Positions 21,059 to 31,059 of a stretch of 64,000 bases of DNA are shown here, piece after piece. The stretch's first letter is position 1, and each line of letters opens with the position of its first letter. The stretch is from Longimicrobiales bacterium (GTDB lineage Bacteria; Gemmatimonadota; Gemmatimonadetes; Longimicrobiales; Gaopeijiaceae): positions 1,568,001 to 1,632,000 of the forward strand of contig OZ241892.1 in assembly GCA_965203485.1 (NCBI GenBank), read 5' to 3'. The position numbers were made by a program, and so were the translations under genes. The notes under the pieces were generated by a model that was given only the letters and a program-made list of their open reading frames with translations, was not told the DNA's origin and did not search any database.

Positions 21059-22891
21059 TTAGTGGCGAAAGAGCCGCTGGCCAGTGAAGACCATGGCGAT
21101 GCCGTGCTCGTCGGCCGCGTCCACGACGTCCTGGTCGCGCATCGAACCGCCCGGCTGCACGACGGCGCGCACGCCCGCCTCTGCCGCCTCGTCCACGCCG
21201 TCGCGGAACGGGAAGAAGGCGTCGGAAGCCATGCAGGCCCCCGCCAAGCGTTCCCCCAGGCCGGCCTCTTCGGCCTTGCGGACCGCCAAGCGCACCGCGT
21301 CCACGCGGCTGGCGAGTCCGCCGCCGACGCCGACCGTCGCCCCGCTGCGCGCCAACACGATGGCATTGGACTTGACGCCCGCGACCGCGGCCCACGCGAA
21401 CGCCAGGTCGTCCGCTTCGGCCTCCGTGGGCTCCCTGCGGGTGACCACCCGCCGAGCGCGGCCTCGGGCGTCGCCCTCGTCGTGGGCCGGGACCGGGCCG
21501 GGGCCCCCGGAGCCGCAGGGCTCGCGGGCGGGGCTTCCCGCGGGCGCGCCCAGGTAGAAGGGCAGCGGCGCAGGCGACTGCACGAGCGCGCCGCCGTACA
21601 CGGAACGCCGTTCCTCGCCCCCGGGATGCTCCGCCGCCCGCGCCAGGAACCGGGCCGCCGCTCGCGCCCCGCAACCGGCGTCTCGCCACCAGCGGACATC
21701 GGCCGGTTCCGACTCGTGGGGACCCTGCCCCGCTGCTTCTGCCGCACCGGGGAACGCCAGCAAGCGAAGGCTCTTCTTGCGTTCCAGCACCTCCAGCGCC
21801 TCCGCCGAGTACGACGGGGCCACCACGCACTCAACGAACATCGTCGCAAGCTCGGCGGCCGTCGCCGCGTCCACGGGCCGGTTCGCGGCCACCACCGAGC
21901 CGAACGCGGAGACGGGATCCGTCCGGCGGGCCCGCGCCATCGCCTGGGCGAGGGTGGCGGCGGCGGCGAGGCCGCAGGGGCTGGTGTGCTTGACTACGGC
22001 GACGGCGGGCCTGGAGCAGAACGCGAACGGCGCCAAGGCGCGCAACGCGCCGTCGAGATCGAGGAAGTTGTTGTAGGACAGCGCCTTGCCGCGCAACTGG
22101 CGGAGAGCCGCCAACCCCGCGGGTTCGCCGGCGCCGAGAGAAAGGAAGGATGCCGTCTGCCCCGGGTTCTCGCCGTAGCGCAGGGGACGAGCGCGCGGGC
22201 GGTCGCGCGCGCAGACTTGGTTCCGCGCGGCTGGAGGCGGCGGCGCGGGCTGGGCGGTTGCCGGGGCGCCGCCGCCTGCCAGAAAGTCGGCGGCGGCGCG
22301 GTCGTAGGCCGCCGAAAGAGCGAACGCCTTGGCGGCCAAGCGGCGGCGGAGGGCGGAGAGGGCCTCGCCGCCGGGAGGGCCCTGGGCGACTTCGGCGCGC
22401 CCGTTCGTGTCGTCCGCCAGCGCGGCGGCGAGGGTCTCGTAGTCGGACGGGTCGGTGACGACCCAGACGTGGCGATGGTTCTTCGCCGCCGCCCGCAGCA
22501 TGGCGGGGCCGCCCACGTCCAAGTTGTCCATGGCGGTCTCGATCGTCGCGCGCGGGTCGGCGATCGTCTCGCGAAATGGGTACAGGTTGACGGCGACCAG
22601 ATCGACCGGCTCGTAGCCGCGCGAGCCGATGGCGGCCATGTCGGCCGGCACGTCGCGGCGGGCGAGGATGCCGGCGTGGATCGCAGGATGCAGCGTCTTC
22701 ACGCGGCCCTCCATCATCTCCGGATGCCCGGTCGCGGTCTCGACTTCGGTGACGGCGACTCCCGCGTCCGCGAGCAGCCGCGCCGTGCCGCCGGTGGAAA
22801 GCACTTCCCACCCCAACCCCGCCAAGCGTTCCGCGAACTCCGCGACGCCGGTCTTGTCCGACACGCTCAACAGCGCGCGGCGGCTCGTCAT
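21059..22891 (-). CDS. purH: Bifunctional AICAR transformylase/IMP cyclohydrolase
   Basis: [45 protein letters not shown] and QPGGS motifs; 610 aa because of several insertions. Confidence 0.95.
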   Translation of the reverse strand: MTSRRALLSVSDKTGVAEFAERLAGLGWEVLSTGGTARLLADAGVAVTEVETATGHPEMMEGRVKTLHPAIHAGILARRDVPADMAAIGSRGYEPVDLVAVNLYPFRETIADPRATIETAMDNLDVGGPAMLRAAAKNHRHVWVVTDPSDYETLAAALADDTNGRAEVAQGPPGGEALSALRRRLAAKAFALSAAYDRAAADFLAGGGAPATAQPAPPPPAARNQVCARDRPRARPLRYGENPGQTASFLSLGAGEPAGLAALRQLRGKALSYNNFLDLDGALRALAPFAFCSRPAVAVVKHTSPCGLAAAATLAQAMARARRTDPVSAFGSVVAANRPVDAATAAELATMFVECVVAPSYSAEALEVLERKKSLRLLAFPGAAEAAGQGPHESEPADVRWWRDAGCGARAAARFLARAAEHPGGEERRSVYGGALVQSPAPLPFYLGAPAGSPAREPCGSGGPGPVPAHDEGDARGRARRVVTRREPTEAEADDLAFAWAAVAGVKSNAIVLARSGATVGVGGGLASRVDAVRLAVRKAEEAGLGERLAGACMASDAFFPFRDGVDEAAEAGVRAVVQPGGSMRDQDVVDAADEHGIAMVFTGQRLFRH

Positions 22892-23568
22892 GCGGACGCC
22901 CGGGCGGCCGGCGCTCCGAACGCCGCGCGGACCGCCGAGCGAAGCTCTCCGCGGTCCCAAGGGTCCAGGCCGGGCCAGCGAAACGGCGGCGGCGCACCGG
23001 CTCCGAGGCTGCGGGCCAGGGCCGCGGCGGATTCGGGAAAAAGGACGTGCTCGACGGCCAGCACGCGAGCCGCAAGCGATTCGGGCGTGTCGTCCCGCAA
23101 CACGGGGACGGGCCACTGGGCCATGATCGTGCCCTCGTCGTACCGCTCGTTCACGTAGTGGACCGTTGGGCCCGACACGACCGCGCCCGACGCCAGCACG
23201 GCCTCGTGTATCCGGCGCCCGTGCATCCCCCTGCCCCCGAACGAGGGGAGCAACGAGGGATGGACGTTGAGGATCCGTTCGCGGTAAGCCGTGCAGACCG
23301 CGGCGGGGACGAGCGCCAGGAAGCCGGCCAGAAGGACTCCGTCGACGGCGTGTCCGTCCAGCAGGCCGAGCAGCTCGTCCGCGGGGGCGCGGCCGAAGTC
23401 GACTCGGTGGACGGGACGCCCTGCGGCGCGAGCGCGCGCTTCCGCTGCGCAGGGCCGGTCGGCGAACACGACCGCGATGCGGTAGGGGGCGTCCGGCGCT
23501 TCGGCGTCCAGCAACGCTTGGAGGTTGGTGCCGGAACCGGACGCGAACGCGGCGAAGCGCGCGCTCAC
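22888..23568 (-). CDS. purN: Phosphoribosylglycinamide formyltransferase
   Basis: FASGSGTNLQALLD, LNVHPSLLPSFGG and SGPTVHYVNERYDEG motifs. Confidence 0.95.
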   Translation of the reverse strand: MSARFAAFASGSGTNLQALLDAEAPDAPYRIAVVFADRPCAAEARARAAGRPVHRVDFGRAPADELLGLLDGHAVDGVLLAGFLALVPAAVCTAYRERILNVHPSLLPSFGGRGMHGRRIHEAVLASGAVVSGPTVHYVNERYDEGTIMAQWPVPVLRDDTPESLAARVLAVEHVLFPESAAALARSLGAGAPPPFRWPGLDPWDRGELRSAVRAAFGAPAARASA

Positions 23569-24200
23569 GCGAGGGCGGTGTCCGGGCCGTGCGACGCCAG
23601 GAAAGGATTGTAAGTCCGCTCGCGCGCAACCGTGGTGTCGGGCCCGTGGCCGGGATGAAGCGTCGTCTCGGACGGCAGCGTCAGCACCTCGGAGCGGATC
23701 GACTTCATGAGCGCGTGGTAGTCGCCGCCGGGCAGGTCGGTGCGGCCGATCGAGCCCAGGAAGACGACGTCGCCGACGAAGGCCGCGGAGGCGGCCTCGC
23801 AGGCGAACAGGACGTGGCCGGGCGAGTGGCCCGGCGCGAAGGCGACGCGGAACTCGGATCCGCCGAACTCCAGGACCGCGCCGGGTTGCAGGTCCGCGTC
23901 CGGGGACGGCGGCCGGACGGGCAGCTGGCCGGCGGACCAATCGTAGATCGGGCGCTCGGCGGGGTGCAGGTGAACCGGCGCGCCGGTGGCCCGCTTGGCG
24001 TGCGCGAGCCCCTCGACGTGATCGACGTGGGCGTGGGTCAGCAGGATCGCGGCGACGTCGAGCCGATGCGACCGAGCCGCGGCGAGCGCGTCGCCCGTTG
24101 CCGCGCCCGGATCGACGAGCACGCCCGCGCGTCCGTCGTCGCACGCCGCTAGAAACGTGTTCTGCTGGTACGCGCCGCCCGCGAACGCGAAGACTCTCAC
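23565..24200 (-). CDS. MBL-fold metallo-hydrolase (glyoxalase II-like)
   Basis: THAHVDH, PGHSPGH, GSIGRTDLPGG and PGHGP motifs. Confidence 0.9.
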   Translation of the reverse strand: MRVFAFAGGAYQQNTFLAACDDGRAGVLVDPGAATGDALAAARSHRLDVAAILLTHAHVDHVEGLAHAKRATGAPVHLHPAERPIYDWSAGQLPVRPPSPDADLQPGAVLEFGGSEFRVAFAPGHSPGHVLFACEAASAAFVGDVVFLGSIGRTDLPGGDYHALMKSIRSEVLTLPSETTLHPGHGPDTTVARERTYNPFLASHGPDTALA

Positions 24201-24221
24201 GGCGCGGCGGCGGCCGAGCCG

Positions 24222-24551
24222 TCAGACGGTGAAGGAACTCCCGCAGCCACAGCCGCCCGACGCCTGCGGATTCTTGAAGGAGAAGCCCGAACCCATCATG
24301 GAGGTCACGTAGTCGATCTCCAAGCCCTCCAGGTACTGGGCGCTGAAGGGGTCGACGAAGACCCGGATGCCGCTCGTCTCGAACACCTCGTCGTCCTCTT
24401 CGGGCGCCTTGTCGATGTCGACGCCGTATTGGAAACCCGAACAGCCCCCCGGCAGGACGGAGACGCGCAAGCCCGAGGCCCCGCCGGTTCCGTGCTCCGC
24501 CAGAAAGCCCCGCACCTTCTCGGCCGCGTTTGGCGTGAGAGTCAGCTGCAT
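24222..24551 (-). CDS. A-type Fe-S cluster carrier (IscA/ErpA/HesB family)
   Basis: GGCSGFQY and NPQASGGCGCGSSF motifs. Confidence 0.93.
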   Translation of the reverse strand: MQLTLTPNAAEKVRGFLAEHGTGGASGLRVSVLPGGCSGFQYGVDIDKAPEEDDEVFETSGIRVFVDPFSAQYLEGLEIDYVTSMMGSGFSFKNPQASGGCGCGSSFTV

Positions 24552-24641
24552 GCCGCCTGCGATCCCCGTTCTCGGTTGGGCCGGCGACTCGACTGAAGGC
24601 GCCCGCGCGACGTTGGCCAGCCGACCGCCGACATGCAAAAC

Positions 24642-25268
24642 CTACCGGGGTCGCGACGAGGGGTCAACTGGCGGCCGGAGGTCCTCGCGGTGGTCTTCGC
24701 GCCGGGCTTCGAGGCGACGCGCGAGAGCCGACGCGGCGAGCAGGTCGTCGACCACGCGCGTGGTCGCGGGAACGCGGGACTCCATCTCCCTTCCGTACCC
24801 GGTGCGCACGAGGATGCCGGTGCCTCCCGTCTCCAGGGCCGGCAGCACGTCCGTCACGTTGTCGCCCACGTAGTAGGAGCGGCCGAGGTCGAGGCCGAGT
24901 TCGGCGGCCGCGGCGCGGTGCATCGCCGTGCTCGGCTTTCGGCACGTGGTCTCGGGATCGCCGGCGGGGGTGTCGGGGCAGAAGTGCGTGGCGTCCAGCG
25001 CAACGCCCTCTGCCGCGAGTTGCCGCTCGACCTCCGCGGCGACGCGGCGGTAGTCGGACAGTGCGTAGAGACCGCGACCGATGCCCGACTGGTTCGTGAC
25101 CACGACGAGCGCCAAGCCCAGGTCCCTTAAGCGCCGCAGGGCTTCCGCGGCGTTGGGCAACAGCGCAACTCCGGCGGGATCGGACAAGTAGTGGCGCTCC
25201 TCGACGATGGTGCCGTCGCGGTCCAGGAAGGCGGCGGGGCGCGGGACCGCGGGCGGCCGGGCTAGCAC
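24642..25268 (-). CDS. HAD-IIIA hydrolase, D,D-heptose 1,7-bisphosphate phosphatase (GmhB-like)
   Basis: FLDRDGTI, VVTNQSGIGRG, CRKPS and YVGD motifs. Start approximate. Confidence 0.85.
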   Translation of the reverse strand: MLARPPAVPRPAAFLDRDGTIVEERHYLSDPAGVALLPNAAEALRRLRDLGLALVVVTNQSGIGRGLYALSDYRRVAAEVERQLAAEGVALDATHFCPDTPAGDPETTCRKPSTAMHRAAAAELGLDLGRSYYVGDNVTDVLPALETGGTGILVRTGYGREMESRVPATTRVVDDLLAASALARRLEARREDHREDLRPPVDPSSRPR

Positions 25269-26728
25269 GCGGGCGGCTCGTCGCGGCGGCGACCCTCGGT
25301 TGCGGCGCCTTCGGAAACGCGGCGGGCCACGGCTTCCAAGGCGGATGCGACGAGGGCGTCTTCGTCGGGGGCGACGGTGCGCAGGTCCACCAGCAAGCGG
25401 CCCTGGCGGCCCCGCGCGACGATCGGCGGATCGTGGGCGCGCAACTGGGCCAGCCACGCACCGAGCTGGGCCCCGGCGTCGATGCTCGCGAGGGCTGTCG
25501 GCAGGCGAACTCCGGGGCAGGCGCCGCCGCCGACCACGGAATCTCCGTCCACGACCTCCGCGTTCGCGAGAACGGAGCCGCGGGGCGCGCCGCCCAGCCG
25601 GTCCAGGAACTCGTGGGCGCGCCGCCGCAGGGTGTCCGCTGGAACTGCGATCATTCGCAGCGCCGGCACTTCACGGAGCGCCCGGGGCGGGTCTCGGTAG
25701 AGGGCCAGCGTAGCCTCCAGCCCCGCCAGCGCGATTTTGTCGCACCGAAGAGCGCGGCAAAGGGGATGCGTCTTGGCCGCTCCGACGGCCTCGCTCGTTC
25801 CCGCCAAGAGTCCGGCCTGCGGCCCCCCCAGCAACTTGTCGCCGGAGAAGACGACCAAGTGCGCGCCTGCGGCGACGCTGGCGGCGGGGGTGGGCTCGTC
25901 GGGAAGGCCAAGCGCGGCGGGGTCCGCAAGAAGACCGGTTCCCACGTCGTGAATCACGGGGATCCCCGCTTCCGCGCCGAGCGCGGCCAAGCGTTCGACG
26001 GGCGTCTCCTCCGCGAACCCGGAGAGACGGAAGTTGGACCGATGGACCTTGAGGATGGCCCCCACCTCTTCGCCGTCCAGCGCCCGCGCGTAGTCGTTCG
26101 GTCGCGTCCGGTTGGTGGTCCCGACCGGCAAGAGGCGGGAGCCCGCGGCTTCTACGACCTCGGGAACGCGGAAGCCGCCGCCGATCTCCACGAGCTCGCC
26201 GTGCGACACCACGACGCCGCGCCCGCCCGCGAGCGCCGCCAACGCCAGGGCGAGCGCGCCTGCCCCGTTGTTGACGGCAAGGCCGTCTTCGGCGCCGGTC
26301 AGTTCCGCGACGAGCCGGGAGCAGTGCACGTAGCGGGAGCCGCGCCCGCCGACGGCCAAGTCGAACTCGAGGTTGCCGTACCCGGCCGCGGCCGCCATGG
26401 CCCGGCGGGCGGCGGCGGCCAGGGGCGCGCGGCCCAGGTTCGTGTGCAGGATCACGCCGGTGGCGTTGACGACGCGCCTCAAGCCGGGGGCGGCCGCGCG
26501 CCCGGCGTCGTGGCGAACGAGATCGCGGAGTTGGTCGTCGGTCGAAGGAACCGGCACGTCGCCGGCGCGCATGGCCGCAAGCACGGCTCGGACGCGCGCG
26601 GCGACCCATGGCCGACCGTAGCCGGCGGCGAGCTCGGCGCACCACGGCTGGGCCAAGACGCGGTCCACGCCGGGAATCGACCGCCGCGGGTCGGACGTTG
26701 CGGCCGGAGGCGGGGACGCCGTGCTCAC
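25262..26728 (-). CDS. selA: L-seryl-tRNA(Sec) selenium transferase
   Basis: VVNATGVILHTNLGRAPL, GELVEIGGGFRVP, VGTTNRT, KVHRSNF and FSGDKLLGGPQAG (PLP Lys) motifs. Confidence 0.93.
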   Translation of the reverse strand: MSTASPPPAATSDPRRSIPGVDRVLAQPWCAELAAGYGRPWVAARVRAVLAAMRAGDVPVPSTDDQLRDLVRHDAGRAAAPGLRRVVNATGVILHTNLGRAPLAAAARRAMAAAAGYGNLEFDLAVGGRGSRYVHCSRLVAELTGAEDGLAVNNGAGALALALAALAGGRGVVVSHGELVEIGGGFRVPEVVEAAGSRLLPVGTTNRTRPNDYARALDGEEVGAILKVHRSNFRLSGFAEETPVERLAALGAEAGIPVIHDVGTGLLADPAALGLPDEPTPAASVAAGAHLVVFSGDKLLGGPQAGLLAGTSEAVGAAKTHPLCRALRCDKIALAGLEATLALYRDPPRALREVPALRMIAVPADTLRRRAHEFLDRLGGAPRGSVLANAEVVDGDSVVGGGACPGVRLPTALASIDAGAQLGAWLAQLRAHDPPIVARGRQGRLLVDLRTVAPDEDALVASALEAVARRVSEGAATEGRRRDEPPAC

Positions 26729-28158
26729 AAGAGCCGCAACAGCATTCTCGTCGCCCGCATCGCCGAGGACGAAGCCCGCGGGGCAACCATCGTGTCCGGC
26801 GGAGTTCGTGTCGTGTCGGGCCGACTTCGCGTCGTGTCGGACGCGGCCTCCTCTGCCCCGGCGGTCGCGCTGTCGGACTGGGCCGCCTCCCGCGCAACGA
26901 CGATCTTGACGCCCCGCGCCTCCAGGCCGGCCAGGTTGAAGACGCCCGTGAGCACGGCCTCGTAGGCGCGGTTCGCCTCCAGCGGCTCGGGCAGCGTTCC
27001 GGTCAGGGTCTGGGACGGGAGGATCAGCCCGGAGAGCCCGACCACCGGTTCAGGAGCGTCCGCAGGCGCAGCTTGGCCGGCGGAGTCCGCCTGCTCGGCC
27101 TTCCACGCGGCGTGTTCGTGGTCGTGGAAGAGGGGGAAGACGATGACGCCGTCCTCGCCGTCGGGGAACAGGACGCCTTCGATCGCCGCGCCGGGCTCGT
27201 GCGGGTCCAGGTAGTCGTCGAACTCGAAGGTGATCGTGACCGAATCCGAGACCGTGGCCCCGACCAGCTGGGCCGCCGTCGTGTCGGGCTCGACCAGCGA
27301 GAGCACGTCGTACGCGGTATCCGCCGCCGCCAGCGCACCGCCCGTCCGCGAGGCGAACGGCTCCGACGGGCCTGGCTCGCCGTCCCGGTCGCGGTCTTGC
27401 CACGCCCGGAGTTCGAATGGGCCCGCGGGCACGAACCGGAGCGAGTAGAAGCCGTCCGCGTCCGCGTAGCTCCAGTGCGGCGGCGCATCGCCGTCCTGGC
27501 CAAAGACGGCCTCGACGCGCACCCCCGCCGCCGCCGTTCCGTCCACCCGGTTCTCGACCACGCCGGCCACCACGTTGGGCACGAATTCGGCTCCCGTGGA
27601 GACCAGCAAGTCGAACGGATCGCGAAGCGTGTTGCCGAACATGTCGCTGACGACGGGGAGGACCGTGACCCGGTAGACCCGGTTCGGAAGAAGCCCTCGC
27701 TGCGCCTCGACGGAGATCGCGTCGCGCCGGTGTCTCACGCGAAGCGCGCCAACCTCGGGCGAAACCAAGACGGCGTCGCGCATGGCGCCGCCCGCCGCGC
27801 GTTCGCTGATTCTCTCGCTGAACTTGAACTCGAACTCTCTAAATCCTTCCTGTACAACGGCAAATGTGTCGGGAACCGTCGCCACGACATAGGGGGGAAA
27901 CCGATCCTCGGGGCCTCCGGGCGGGGCCTCTGGGCGAGCGCATCCCACGACGGCGACGCACGCGGAGCCCAAGAGCAAGACCAGCCGCCGGCCGGGAAGA
28001 CGGCCAGGCGCGACGGCGCGGCGACGGAGGATGGAGGCGAGGCGCCGACCGCGGCGGACGGAGCCCGGCCAGCCGCCGACACGAACCGTCCGCGTCGCCC
28101 TCCGGCCCGCGCGGGTGCCCGGCCAGCGCCGCGTCCGGCCGCCGCCCCGGTTACGCAT
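26725..28158 (-). CDS. Ig-like (Big_5) domain lipoprotein
   Basis: Hydrophobic stretch and lipobox VVGC, then ARPEAPPGGPEDRFPP and FSERI...LVSP. The true start probably lies downstream of 28158. The C-terminus has PDTT-type repeats. Confidence 0.7.
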   Translation of the reverse strand: MRNRGGGRTRRWPGTRAGRRATRTVRVGGWPGSVRRGRRLASILRRRAVAPGRLPGRRLVLLLGSACVAVVGCARPEAPPGGPEDRFPPYVVATVPDTFAVVQEGFREFEFKFSERISERAAGGAMRDAVLVSPEVGALRVRHRRDAISVEAQRGLLPNRVYRVTVLPVVSDMFGNTLRDPFDLLVSTGAEFVPNVVAGVVENRVDGTAAAGVRVEAVFGQDGDAPPHWSYADADGFYSLRFVPAGPFELRAWQDRDRDGEPGPSEPFASRTGGALAAADTAYDVLSLVEPDTTAAQLVGATVSDSVTITFEFDDYLDPHEPGAAIEGVLFPDGEDGVIVFPLFHDHEHAAWKAEQADSAGQAAPADAPEPVVGLSGLILPSQTLTGTLPEPLEANRAYEAVLTGVFNLAGLEARGVKIVVAREAAQSDSATAGAEEAASDTTRSRPDTTRTPPDTMVAPRASSSAMRATRMLLRLL

Positions 28159-28164
28159 TCGGCG

Positions 28165-30984
28165 TCACGACCCGGCGAGCGCCGACCGTTTCCGCTCGAG
28201 GCTCTCGATCCGCCGGCTCAAGGACGCCGCCCGCTCGCGCTCGCGCTCGACCACGTCCGGCGGAGCCTTCGAGACGAACCCGGGGTTGCCGAGCTTGGCC
28301 CGCGCGGCCTTCAGCCGGCCCCCGGTGCGCTGGACGTCGCGCTCCAGCTTTGCGCGCTCCAGCTCCAAGTCGACCAAGCCCTCCAAGGGCAAGAAAAGCT
28401 CGACGCCGTTGCTCAGTACCGCCGCGGCTCCGGGAACGCCCGGCGACGGAGAGGCGTACGCGACGGCATCGACGCGAGCCAGTCTGCGGAGCAGCGCCTG
28501 CGCGCCCTCGACGAACGTTCGCACCGCGGCCCATCCCACCGTATCCGCAACGTCCCCCGCTCGTCCGTCCGCTTCCGCCTCTGCTTCGGCGCCGACCATC
28601 TCGGGCGACCACAGATGCAGCGTCACGCCGCGGCCCTCGCCCACCCCGTACTCCTTGCGCATCGCGCGCACGCGCCCCACCACGTCTTGGAGCCAAGCGA
28701 ACTGCCGCTCGGCCTCGGCGTCGTCGAACGCCGCGCGCGGCCGGGGCCACCGGGCGTCCACGAGCGGACCGCGTTCGCCCTCCGCGCGCGGAAGCCGGGC
28801 CCAAATATCCTCGGTCACGAACGGGACGATCGGGTGCATCAGGCGGCACACCGTGTCCAGCACGTGGACGAGCGTAGCGCGAGCGGCCTCGCTGCGGCGC
28901 CCGTCTTCGCCGAGTCGGTTCTTGGCCGCCTCCAGGTACCAGTCGGCGAATTCGCCCCGGAAGAAGTCCCGCAACGTCTCGACGGCGGCATGAAGGCGCA
29001 GCTCCTCCAGCTCTTCCGTGACCCGGCGCACCGCGGCTTGGCGGCGGGACAGAATCCACCGGTCCTCCAGGCGAAGGCGGCCGGCCACGTCCTGAAGGGC
29101 CAGCGGAGGGCGGTCGCCCGCGGAGAGCAGCACGAACCGCCCGGCGTTCCAGAGCTTGTTGACGAAGTTGCGGCCGGGCGCGAACGACGCTTCGAGGTCT
29201 TCGTGGTCCAGCCGAAGGTCCGCGCCCACGCCGGTTCCCGCCACCAGCGTGAAGCGCAGGGCGTCCGCGCCGTACAGGCGAACGACCTCGAGCGGATCGA
29301 TGCCGTTGCCAAGCGACTTGGACATCTTGCGGCCCTGCGCGTCGCGCACGGTGCCGTGCAGGTAGACGTCCCGGAACGGCGGCTCGCCAAGCGCGTAGCA
29401 TCCGGCCATGATCATGCGCGCAACCCAGAAGAAGAGTATCTCCGGCGCCGTCGAGAGCACGTGGCCCGGATAGAAGGCCGCCAAGTCGCGCGTCTTCTCG
29501 GGCCAGCCGAACACGGAGAAGGGCCAAAGCCACGACGAGAACCACGTGTCCAGCACGTCCGGGTCCTGCTCGAGGGCGCGCCCGCCGCAAGAGGCGCACT
29601 GCTCCGGGTCCTCGCGGGCGACGACGACCGCCTCGCAGTCGCCGCAGTACCAGACGGGGACGCGGTGGCCCCACCACAGCTGCCGGGAGATGCACCAGTC
29701 GCGGATGTTCTCCATCCACTGCTCGTAGACCTTCGTCCAGCGGCCGGGCGCGAAGCGAACGGCGCCGGTCCTCGACGCCTCCAGCGCGGCCTCGGCCAGC
29801 GGCCTCATCCGAACGAACCACTGCTCGCTCAACCGCGGCTCGACCACGACGTCGCACCGGTAGCAGCGGGGCACCGCGTGCGCGTAGGCGTCCCGCCCGG
29901 CGAGCAGGCCCCGCGCTTCCAGGGCCGACAGCACGGCTTCGCGGGCGCGTTCTCGTTCGAGTCCCCGGAACTCCTTCGGCGCGTTCTCGTTCACGACGGC
30001 CCGCTCGTCCATGACGCTCACCACGTCCAGCCCGGCGCGCTCGGCGATCGCGAAGTCGTTGGCGTCGTGGCCCGGCGTCACCTTGACCATCCCGGTCCCG
30101 AACGCCGGATCGACATGCGGGTCGGCGACCACGGGGATCGTCCGGCCGACAAGCGGAAGCCGGACGGCCGCGCCCACGAGCGCTTCGTAGCGGGGGTCGT
30201 CCGGCGACACGGCCACGCCGGTGTCTCCCAGCATCGTCTCGGGCCGGGTGGTGGACACCGTGAGGAACCAGCGTCCGTCCGCGGCGCGGTTCACGACCGT
30301 GGCGCCCGCGTCCCGGGCCCGGCGCGCGACGTCTTCGTGGCCCCGCGCCAGCGGGTAGCGAAGACTCCACAGGGACCCCTCCGTCTCCCGTCCCTCCGCC
30401 TCCTCGTTGGAGAGCGCGGTCAGGCAACGAGGGCACCAGTTGATGATGTACTCGCCGCGGTAGACCAGATCGTCCTCGTAGAGCCGCACGAAGATCTCGC
30501 GCACCGCCGTGGACAGGCCCTCGTCCAGCGTGAAGCGCGCGCGGCTCCAATCGCAGCTGCAGCCGATGGACTTGAGCTGCTCCAGGATCTGGCCTCCGGT
30601 GCGGTCCACGTGCTCCCAGACGCGCCGCACGAACTCCTCGCGGCCCACGTCGTGGCGCGACGCGCCCTCGGCGGCCAGCCGGCGCTCGACGACGTTCTGC
30701 GTCGCGATGCCGGCATGGTCCGTGCCGGGGATCCAGAGCGCCCGGCGGCCCTGCATTCGCCGCCAGCGGACCAGCACGTCCTGCACGGTGTTGTTGAGGC
30801 CGTGGCCCATGTGCAGGACGGCGGTGACGTTGGGGGGAGGGATGACGACGACGAACGGCTCCGCTCCGCCTTCCGACGACGAGGCGCCGAAGCTGCCGCT
30901 TCGCTCCCAGAGCGCGAGGACGCGGGGCTCGGCGGAACGCGGGTCGAAGACCGTGGGAATCGGCGCGGGGGCGTCTGCGGTCAA
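28165..30984 (-). CDS. valS: Valine--tRNA ligase
   Basis: PPPNVTAVLHMGH, DHAGIATQ, DWCISRQLWWGH, DVLDTWFSS and KMSKS motifs; C-terminal coiled coil. Confidence 0.97.
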   Translation of the reverse strand: MTADAPAPIPTVFDPRSAEPRVLALWERSGSFGASSSEGGAEPFVVVIPPPNVTAVLHMGHGLNNTVQDVLVRWRRMQGRRALWIPGTDHAGIATQNVVERRLAAEGASRHDVGREEFVRRVWEHVDRTGGQILEQLKSIGCSCDWSRARFTLDEGLSTAVREIFVRLYEDDLVYRGEYIINWCPRCLTALSNEEAEGRETEGSLWSLRYPLARGHEDVARRARDAGATVVNRAADGRWFLTVSTTRPETMLGDTGVAVSPDDPRYEALVGAAVRLPLVGRTIPVVADPHVDPAFGTGMVKVTPGHDANDFAIAERAGLDVVSVMDERAVVNENAPKEFRGLERERAREAVLSALEARGLLAGRDAYAHAVPRCYRCDVVVEPRLSEQWFVRMRPLAEAALEASRTGAVRFAPGRWTKVYEQWMENIRDWCISRQLWWGHRVPVWYCGDCEAVVVAREDPEQCASCGGRALEQDPDVLDTWFSSWLWPFSVFGWPEKTRDLAAFYPGHVLSTAPEILFFWVARMIMAGCYALGEPPFRDVYLHGTVRDAQGRKMSKSLGNGIDPLEVVRLYGADALRFTLVAGTGVGADLRLDHEDLEASFAPGRNFVNKLWNAGRFVLLSAGDRPPLALQDVAGRLRLEDRWILSRRQAAVRRVTEELEELRLHAAVETLRDFFRGEFADWYLEAAKNRLGEDGRRSEAARATLVHVLDTVCRLMHPIVPFVTEDIWARLPRAEGERGPLVDARWPRPRAAFDDAEAERQFAWLQDVVGRVRAMRKEYGVGEGRGVTLHLWSPEMVGAEAEAEADGRAGDVADTVGWAAVRTFVEGAQALLRRLARVDAVAYASPSPGVPGAAAVLSNGVELFLPLEGLVDLELERAKLERDVQRTGGRLKAARAKLGNPGFVSKAPPDVVERERERAASLSRRIESLERKRSALAGS

Positions 30985-31059
30985 CGTGGACTCTCTCGTC
31001 TCTCGGCGCAGTGGCGGGGCGAGGACGCGACCGGAGCTCGATGCCGGCGCGCCCGAAAG

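Noticed and set aside
26790..26842. 21-bp tandem repeats
   Set aside because: They encode a PDTT-type low-complexity tail of the Big_5 lipoprotein, an ordinary coding repeat.
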